64,000 bases of DNA. It comes from Chrysomallon squamiferum. Its lineage: Eukaryota; Animalia; Mollusca. Below the pieces are notes generated by a model. The model had not been told where the DNA came from and ran no database searches. It saw only the letters and a list, made by a program, of their open reading frames with translations. Where the stretch lies: contig CM022671.1 in NCBI GenBank assembly GCA_012295275.1, positions 33,480,001-33,544,000 on the forward strand. The letters are read 5' to 3'. Positions 55,265 through 64,000 of the stretch are shown piece after piece. The stretch's first letter is position 1. Every line of letters starts with the position of its first letter. A program made the position numbers and the translations under genes.

Positions 55265-56515
55265 TAACAATAATTTATAACAGTAATAGTAATAAACGAT
55301 GATATAAATTAAACTCAATATCAAATAAGCTGTTATTGGTACACTGCCTTTTTAGAAAACAATATCAGTATACTTGACAAAGACATCACTGACAATCATA
55401 CAGTAAACAAGAACAGTTATAAAATGAAATCACAAAAAATAAAATAAAATACATTTGAAAACATTTTTCTTTAAACCTAAATGTTTTGAAACAAATTATT
55501 TCAAAACATTTAGATAATTATTATATTACTAACCATTTATCATCAAGAATTATTTTCTGATATTCACAGTCATTATTTATACACTCTAAATATACTGATA
55601 TTCTCATATTTTACCTGACAGTTAAAGACAAATAGTTATCTCCCTTTGTACTCAGCCGCAACAGATAACATCCAGTACTTACAGGACCGTAATGTTTAAT
55701 GAACCTTGTCGCCTGTAGAATAAAAATACAAATAAATTAGATAATGAAATATTAAAAGTAATCAAAATTAGTTAATAAATGATAGACACAAAATATACAT
55801 GTACAAATATAAAATCATATAAAATGTGTAACAGTGCTAGACTGCACAAGAGATGGCAGCTTTAATCATAAATGATAATGCAGATATAATATATCTACAT
55901 CTTTACATCTCTGTTGAGATAAGTTTTTTTGCTTTAATTTAATAAGATGCAGTAGACTGTAAGATTGTGTCCTCACAAAAGACCCATCAGTCTATTTTTT
56001 ATTTTACCCAGTGATTCACAGTTGATGTACAAAAATCTATATGGTAAGTGCTATGTTGTCTGCAGGATGGTGCATGTCTAAAGGGTCTCTTGCTGTTAAT
56101 CAAAAAGAGTAGGTCAGAAAATGACAGCAGTGGGTTTTCTCTATCACTATCTCAATGGTCCTTAAGCCTAAACTTTAAAAACATAGGTATGATAATTATG
56201 TTGATCGCATCATAAAATACAAATTACTTCATTTCTTTATTCAAAATGTTTAGTTATAACATCTGCGTATAAATACACAATCAAGAAAGTCAACAAACTA
56301 TATATAACTGTAAATATTGATATGACAATGAAATATGTATATACATCAATATATACAAACCATAAAACAATAAACATTGATAACTCAGTGACAATATATG
56401 TATGACATATAACATATCAGAAACTTACCTCTTGACTATTTGTAATGTCTGGAAAGAAGAAGGGTAAAGTTGCTATTTCTTTTGGTACATAATTCGTATG
56501 ATTAGCTTCAGCCAT
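53081..56515 (-). CDS. Copy F: SH2-WW-short repeat adaptor, ~613 aa (exons 56515-56429, 55712-55615, 55171-54840, 54405-53081)
   Basis: Exons of 87, 98, 332 and 1325 nt, all in frame. Only ~5-6 repeats. Tail ...GKSYMYVPTGPVMMYRKCSSDPDRQPQQV. Confidence 0.85.
53260..53645 (-). repeat. Coding 72-bp minisatellite, ~5-6 units (copy F)
   Basis: Same unit. Confidence 0.9.
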
Positions 56516-56637
56516 CACTGGTGTGAGGATTCTGTTAAACGTTTTTGTCTTCTTCTGAGCTAAATAACAACACAATATTATTATTTGATAGTATGTCAGT
56601 GTTTGCATAATATCTATTTTAAGGAATATTTTTAAAT

Positions 56638-58681
56638 CCAAAGCTGGCACACAATCAAATTATCATTCACAAAGCAATCACGTTTGAATAACAATTGTCC
56701 CTTCAGTTTGAAAAATAATCCCCCCTCCCCCAAAAAAAAAAATAGTGAAGAAACCAGGAAACTGAAAATGTCAATGGATACTAAATAAATTAAAATTATA
56801 ATATTCTTGTCTAGAATTTACCTATTTAGTTACAGTGAGTAATACTGACCTAAATAGTATCTATGTTATAAATCTTAATAGAGAAAACTAGATTACATAC
56901 ACTGTAACTGTTTAATTTTGAAATAAATTATTAGAGGATAAACTGCTAGTGTTGCTATAATAAATATTATTATTATTATTAGTGGTGGCAGTAAGAGCTG
57001 TAATTAATAATAATAATATTAACAATAATAATAAAAATAAAATAATAATAACAATAAATAATAATATTTAATAATAATAATAATAACAATAGTAATAATA
57101 ATAATGATAATAATCAATATTAAAATTTTCAAATTCTGTTGACGATTGTTCTAAACATATATAAAATATCCTGATTTACATAAACAATCATTAGATATAC
57201 AACTATTTCATATTTTTCTTTCTAATCGGCTAAATATTGCAACTAATAACAACATAGGCATAAATTTCATTATGAAATATTTAACTATATTGCTTCATAT
57301 TAATATTTAGCAAAATGTCATATGCATAATACAGTTACGATTGGTCTGATTCAGACTTGGTAATAAGTAAATGTAAAATAAAATTTTGGCCAATTCTCGT
57401 TGTAATGATACACCAAGTTTATTTCATTTGAAATGCAGTGTTTAAAGATGCATACCATCATCTACTTTTGATAAAATGTCATAACAGAGGAGTGTTATCT
57501 GGGGTAAAAAATTATTTGCAAATTTCAAATTTCTCACCCATAAGGAACCAAAATACATTATTAGAGCAAAATCTAAGGGAATAAAGTGAAACAGTTAAGA
57601 AAATTATCTTAAAAGTTTGGATAATCTGCACACAATTTAAGACTACTTTTTAGGTTTCTAAGAATGATGCATTTAATATTAGGAATTATTACTCTAGTCT
57701 AAGATTCCAAGTAACAATAACATTTGCTAGATTCAAGAACACAGACTAAAGATTGTTTGTTAATCATTTCAAGATATTAAAAATCTCTATTGCAAAATAT
57801 GATGTGTGTGTGTGTGTGAAGAAAAAAAGGAACTAAGGCAAATCTGGAGACTCGGTCTTACAATTTGTGTTGATTATATTGTAATCTGTGTTTAAACTGT
57901 AAATGAAAGAAATGAATAAACCCCAAATTTTGGTTGGTGTTAAGAACATCAGAAATTCTGTTTTCAATATGGTTTCAGGCAGGCTATTTTGCAATTTTCA
58001 CAATAATAATAAGTATAATAATAGTAGTACTAGTAGTAGTAGTAGTAGTAGTAGTAACAACAACGATAATAAGAAGAAGAAGAAAGAGAAGAAGAAGAAA
58101 AATAGATTTAAGAATTTATCAACTTATTATTTTTAATTTCTGGCATCCACATTACATAGATACTGCTACTTATGTTGTTACACTCACTGACCAAGTTGAT
58201 AATGATAATAATAATTAAAACAGAGAAGAAGGTGAACAATTTAGAGTTACAAGTATGTGCCTGGATAATTAAATTCTGTGTTGATTCTTATCATACAAGT
58301 AAACAGTAAATGACAACCTGAAACTGGCAAAACAACTGATTGTCATTTTTATAATATACTTTTCAGTCTCACAGAAATATTTTCTTACTTCATATAACAC
58401 ACACACTCACTCACACCCACCCACTCACTCAAACACATGTTTGCCAATATGGGAACATACATACATGCATGAAAATAAATGTGAAACCACAATAATACAC
58501 AAACACATTTCAGTTTCAAAGATGCATTTTCTACTATTATTTTTTAAAACATTTTATGGAAGGAAATATCATTACTGTCTAATTACAATTAATTGAAAAG
58601 TTGGCAGACAATCAAATTATCATTCACAAAGCAATAATGTTAAAATAACAGTTGTCCCTTCAGTTAGAAATATTTTACAAA

Positions 58682-58722
<41 letters not shown>

Positions 58723-59720
58723 AAAAAGAAAAAGAGAAAAAAGGAAAAGGAAGTAACCAGGATATTGAATGTCAGAGGATACAAAACAAATTAAAATTAA
58801 AAATATTCTTGTTTAGAAGTTACCTGTTTAGTTACAATGAGTCATACTGACCTATATAGTATCTATGTTATGAAACCAAAACAGTCAAAATCTGATTACA
58901 TACACTGTAACTGTTTAATTATAAAATAAATTATTAAAGTATAAACTGCTAGTGCTGCTGCTAAAAATATTATTATTAGTAGTAGTGGCAGTAGTAACAT
59001 AGCAATGGCATTATCATAAAAAACTGTAATAATAATAATAATAATAATATAAATCTAAAATGCATAAAATATCCTGATCTAAATAAACAATCATTTGATA
59101 CACAACTATTTTATAGTTTTCTTTCTAAGCAGCAAAAATATTGCAACTAATAATAAGATAGGTGTAAATTTCATTATAAAATATTTAACTATATTCCTTC
59201 ATATTAATAGTTAGCAAAATTTCAGATGTATAATACATTTAGGACTACTCTGATTCAGACTGGGTGATAAGTAAATGTAGAGCTTTGGCCAGTTCTCGTT
59301 CTACTGATACACCAAGTTTATTTCATTTGAAATGCAGTGTTTAGAGATGTATACGAACATCTACTTTTGATAAAATGTCATAACAGATGAGTGTTATCTG
59401 GTGCAAAAATTATTTGGAATTTCAAATTTCTCACCCATAAGGAACCAAAATACATTATTAGAGCAAAATCTAAGGGAATAAAGTGAAACAGTTAAGTGAT
59501 ATTAATATTTTCAGTTAAGAAAATTATCTCAAAAGTTTACATAATCTTGCACACAATTTAAGACTAACTTTAGGTTTCTAAGAATTATGTATTTAATATT
59601 AGGAATTATTACTCCAGACTAAGATTCCAAGTAAGAATAACATTCACTAGTCTCTAGAAGACAGACTAAAGATTGTTTATTAATCATTACAAGTCTTAAA
59701 AACGACTGTTGCAAAATTAT
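56638..59720. repeat. Internal ~1.15-kb duplication of the upstream block in unit F (~56638-57797 and ~58596-59720)
   Basis: Two diverged collinear copies, each starting ...TGGCA(C/G)ACAATCAAATTATCATTCACAAAGCAAT and ending ...TTGCAAAAT, separated by ~800 bp of unique DNA. Confidence 0.85.
58684..58742. repeat. Poly(A)/A-rich tract
   Basis: Directly visible. Confidence 0.9.
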
Positions 59721-60397
59721 TTATTTTAGTGAAATTATTTGTATTTATTTGATATATAAACAGAACGTTCTAGTGTTTTGTCTTCATGAAATAAAAAATT
59801 TAATAATAATAATAATAATAATAATAGTAATAATAATAAGAAGAAGAAGAAGAAGAAGAAGAAGATCAAAAATAATAACAGAAATATTAAAGTGAATTTT
59901 CTAGCCAATAATGATAAAATAATTAAAATCTAAACACAGATCTGTCGCGAACATAAATTCCTCTTATTTAAATATATATATATTAAGTACCTTAATGAAA
60001 GTCCTTTATAAAAACTAATTACAATGAAAAACACAAAATGTAATACTTTTAAAGGTACAATCTATGACTAACTTAGTCACTAAGTGTTCTGTATTTCAAA
60101 CGGTCTCTTTATCTAAAAGTAGTTTAGACAGGCCTATATCACTTGTCATTCATATTATTCCTGAATCTGATTATATGATGATTAAATTTTAATTTAAAGT
60201 CAAAATGACTGAGTAACTTTGTTGATATTAAAAACTGAAATTAAGAGTGTAACCTTTGCTAGAAGCATTAATAATACACGTTAATTCTAACATGTACTAA
60301 TAGTGATACTCACTCATGTTCATTCACTGACAATATTTTTATGGGAACTTTTCACGTCTATTTTGATATTTTTTCCATTTCTTTTATCCTTAACCAG

Positions 60398-60517
60398 GAA
60401 ATTATTGAGCGTCCTCCAGAACAGAAAACGAAACCAAAAAAAGAGGGGAAGGCTGACTCGTTGTTAATAGTAACGGGTCCGAAAGTCGTTACTGATTTAA
60501 GGTTATACAAAAATCCA
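60398..60517 (+). other. Orphan plus-strand exon-like segment, 120 nt, phase 0-0: EIIERPPEQKTKPKKEGKADSLLIVTGPKVVTDLRLYKNP
   Basis: Long pyrimidine tract + CAG acceptor, GTAAGC donor and an open frame. Frameshifted 119-nt versions lie at 8624-8742, 20409-20527, 30121-30239 and 41154-41272. Confidence 0.45.
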
Positions 60518-63469
60518 GTAAGCTACAAACTCGGTATTTCTGCCGCCACCACAATCAGAACACCACTGTTATATTAAGACTATAGCTGCTGCAATTAGAA
60601 GTCCTGTAATTATTATACTAGTACTACTAGTAAAACTACCACTACTAGTACTGTTATTCCTAAAATGGTTGCTGCAGCTACCACCACAATCACACCAGTA
60701 TGAATTATTTATATGTACCATAACATTGACAACTTCTAATACTACTACTGTTACACTACTACTACCACCGTAGCTTCTAGCTATTTTTACTACTACTTCT
60801 ATCCTACAATTTATTTAAGCATCATACTGTTATGACCCTCTATTTTCTTTCTCCGTCCTCTTCTTCGTGCTATTATTAGCTGCTTTATTAATTTGATTGT
60901 ACTTTCGTGTCTCTGTAAAGATATGCGCATTTAATATCCCATACATGCTGAATATAAGAATATTTAGATGATGAAGACATGTTTATCATCATTACAAATA
61001 TGATCATCAACTAATATATGCTTCTCTTAAAATAAATAGATGAATGAGTGAATGAACGAATGAATAAATAAATATGCCGTTAAACATTTCTTCATTCATA
61101 ATACTACAAGCATTAGTATAACTCCAATAAATACAACTATTGCTGCTTCTGATACTACTACTGCTGTTATTATTGTTAATACTAATATTTTTTTATTCCT
61201 TATTTCGTTCTCGTCTCAAAAACAAAATTCTAAAATATTTCACCACTGCACCAAAACATTGGTATCTGTTGATAGAAACGAATAGAGGCATTATTGCTTT
61301 CGATTACAATGTAGAGTTTGATAGGTAGTCTTCATGAACGTCGTTATGGGAGACCTGTATGTAACAGGGTTAGCGATGGCTCATTGCGCACCAGAGAAAG
61401 TGACCAATGAGCCACCCTTTCAGGTCATATTGGCCATAATCTTAAACAGTGAAAGAAGCTATAAACAACACACATATAAATCAGGTTTCTTTTCTTTTTT
61501 CTTCTTCTTCTTCTTATTATTATTATTTTTATATAATTATTCCTGTCATAAATTTCATTTTAAGTGCACATAATGCAACAAACTAAAGGACGAATAACAT
61601 TTTTAACACATTCACCTCAGTCTTGGGCATTTTGTGCTATTGATTCAGTCTCCATGTTTTCAACGTAGTTTCAAGAGTCCTAGGAAACAGTAAATGGTTT
61701 TCAAGATTAAATCCGTCAAAACTGACACAGTTGTATGATTCCCTTGTGATTTTTGTATTTTGCACAACAGATTTAGGAAGTATACCCAAAATGAAATCTG
61801 CCTCAAGTGAGCTTATTTCTTCCTGGACAGGCTCAATAAATGCACATGACATAGCGTGGGAGATTTTCTGAGAAAATGGTATGTACCTTTTATGGACAAA
61901 TCAGTAAATTTTGTATACTTCCTAATTTCTATTTTATGTATTCAAATTAATCTATAATGAGACAAGGAGAATAGGAGAATAGTTGCATTTTCCCAAATGT
62001 CAAGTAATTTCTTGTCATTGGTGTGCCTTGATCCTTTCTAGTCTGTTAATTTACTACTACTACTACTACTAATAATAATATTTCTATTACTACTATTACT
62101 GCTACTAATACTACTAATTTTCCTACAAGTATTATTACACATATTATTATGAGTTAAGCGAAAAAAATGTAGGACATTTTCAGATTCTATCATTTGCTAT
62201 CATATGTTATTATTATTATTGGTTTCCAGTAATCGGTCCTTAAAATTAGATTACAGAATCAAATGGGAATATAAATAGACAATAAATGTGTTTGTACCAA
62301 AAATATGTGGCTATGGTGCATGATGTACAGTTTACCCTGGATTTTATGGACTACTATGGTGGACGTGTCCATTATCAGAAAATCATTTGTATTTGATAAA
62401 CTATGTTACATTAATGGTTCAAACTCATTACTATATAGTTTTTCTTTTATACATTTGATATAATAAAAAATACATATATACATATATAAAATATTTTATT
62501 GGTAGATGTTTGTTTAAGAAATACATTCTACATGCAATAACAATTTAAGTACTGACAAAATTACAATAATATGCTGAAAACATTTATCACATCAGTATAT
62601 TTAGTGATGTAATGCTAAATGAAAAAGGAAGGTTCCCAATATCAACAGGAAACACATTTAGAACCAGTTTAACAGGGAATGTATTTTAATAGTAAGTATT
62701 TTTTATATCAACAGAGAACTTATTTCAATAGTTGTAAAAAATGTATCAACAGAACATATCTAAAACAAATAAAGGAATAAACCAAAAGAGCATGTTTTAA
62801 AAGGTAGGGAAACATTTCAACATGGAACTGATTTAAAACATTAAGAAAAAATGAAGAAATTACATCAACTGAGAACTAATTTCATTAGTAGTGAAATTAT
62901 GTCAACAGAATATATTTCAACAGTGAGGAAATTCTATCAACACACTTCATTAATTAGGGAATCATTTCAACAATATTGAGGGAATTATGTTAACAGTTGA
63001 AGAGTGGGCTATTTCTGTAGTAGAGAAATTATTTACAGTAGCAGTAATCCTTTCAGTAGTTAATAAAATATTTGGATGGTGGAAAAAATGTGTGACAGTG
63101 GAGGAAATAGTAGGGATTCATTTATCATGGAATGTATTTCCATTCTCCAAAATGTGATGGTATTAGTACCTTTTTTCAGAATTATGAAGATCCTTATTGT
63201 GAAATGTTTGATTATTACTTGTTTTTTTTGAGAATTATTTCTACAGTGTTACCCATTCCTTGTCATCATTATTTTTCATTGCACTGTAGCTCTAATATAT
63301 AACCATTAAAATCTGTAATTATCAATTTTTTTTTTATAACTTTATTGTTTTTTCTTCTTGGAACTTTTTATTTATAAATGAAAAACACTGAGATAACATC
63401 TATTAAGTAAATAAAGTAGAAAGCATTTATAATTAATCAAATTATATATGGCATTAAAATATAACATTT

Positions 63470-63470
<1 letters not shown>

Positions 63471-63520
<50 letters not shown>
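63471..63520. repeat. (AAT)n microsatellite
   Basis: Directly visible. Confidence 0.95.
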
Positions 63521-63525
<5 letters not shown>

Positions 63526-64000
63526 TGATAAAACAAATACATTGTAATATAATATTATGATAAAACAGCTGCACCATGATAAAACAAAATAAACACTGTA
63601 ATATAGTGGCATTATAAAATACAACAGCTGCACTATAATATATAATAGAAATATATAATCTAGTAGTTTTATCACAAAACAACAAAAATATAGTAGCATT
63701 ATGATTGTACAACAGCCTCTTGTTATAAAACATCATATATATTATAATAATAGCTTTATAATACAGTGACTGTATTATAATATATCAACAAGAATATTGT
63801 TTTCTCTGAATATTTTCAATTTGAAAATGTGACATTAAATTCTGTAATCATTAAACATTTAATAGAAGAAAATCTACTACTTTACTTACATAATGCTTAA
63901 GTTTTCTTGAATATTATACATATAAAAAAATAAAATAAAATATTTTACATATTCTTTATAAAATAAGAACAAAGAAGAAAATTCTACTCTAAAATCCCAC

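Larger units (their letters stand above)
1..64000. repeat. Tandem segmental array of six gene-containing units
   Basis: The marker ATAGTTTAGAAAG recurs at 1, 12031, 23845, 33465, 44594 and 52240 (spacings 12030, 11814, 9620, 11129, 7646). Exons, introns and intergenic blocks are collinear between units. Confidence 0.97.

Overview
AT-rich, microsatellite-rich, intron-containing animal DNA, probably molluscan (inferred from a SINE remnant recognised from memory). Almost the whole window is a head-to-tail array of six ~7.6-12 kb units (A-F). Each unit carries a minus-strand gene with four coding exons, which I spliced by hand using GT-AG sites; the phases are consistent (0, 2, 1). The product is a cytoplasmic adaptor: SH2 domain (exons 1-3; YLLRLS = FLVRES motif, VRHINV = betaD), a Pro-rich SH3-ligand-like motif, CxCG + WW domain, a 24-aa (72-bp) Asn/Asp/Arg repeat built from three 8-aa subunits, and a conserved Tyr-rich tail. 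Approximate repeat numbers are 42, 36, 9, 26, 9 and 5-6 in A-F. Copies A, B and F are intact. Copy D has a +1 homopolymer frameshift that may be a sequencing error. Copies C and E share a frameshift at the start of the last exon, giving a predicted 196-aa SH2-only protein with intact SH2 exons. B+C and D+E are a recent ~21-kb higher-order duplication, and the copies are mosaic. Units also carry a SINE remnant, a pogo-like DNA transposon remnant, an orphan plus-strand exon (absent from E) and ISRE/AP-1-like motifs. The long plus-strand Ile/Ser-rich ORFs are antisense shadows of the repeat.
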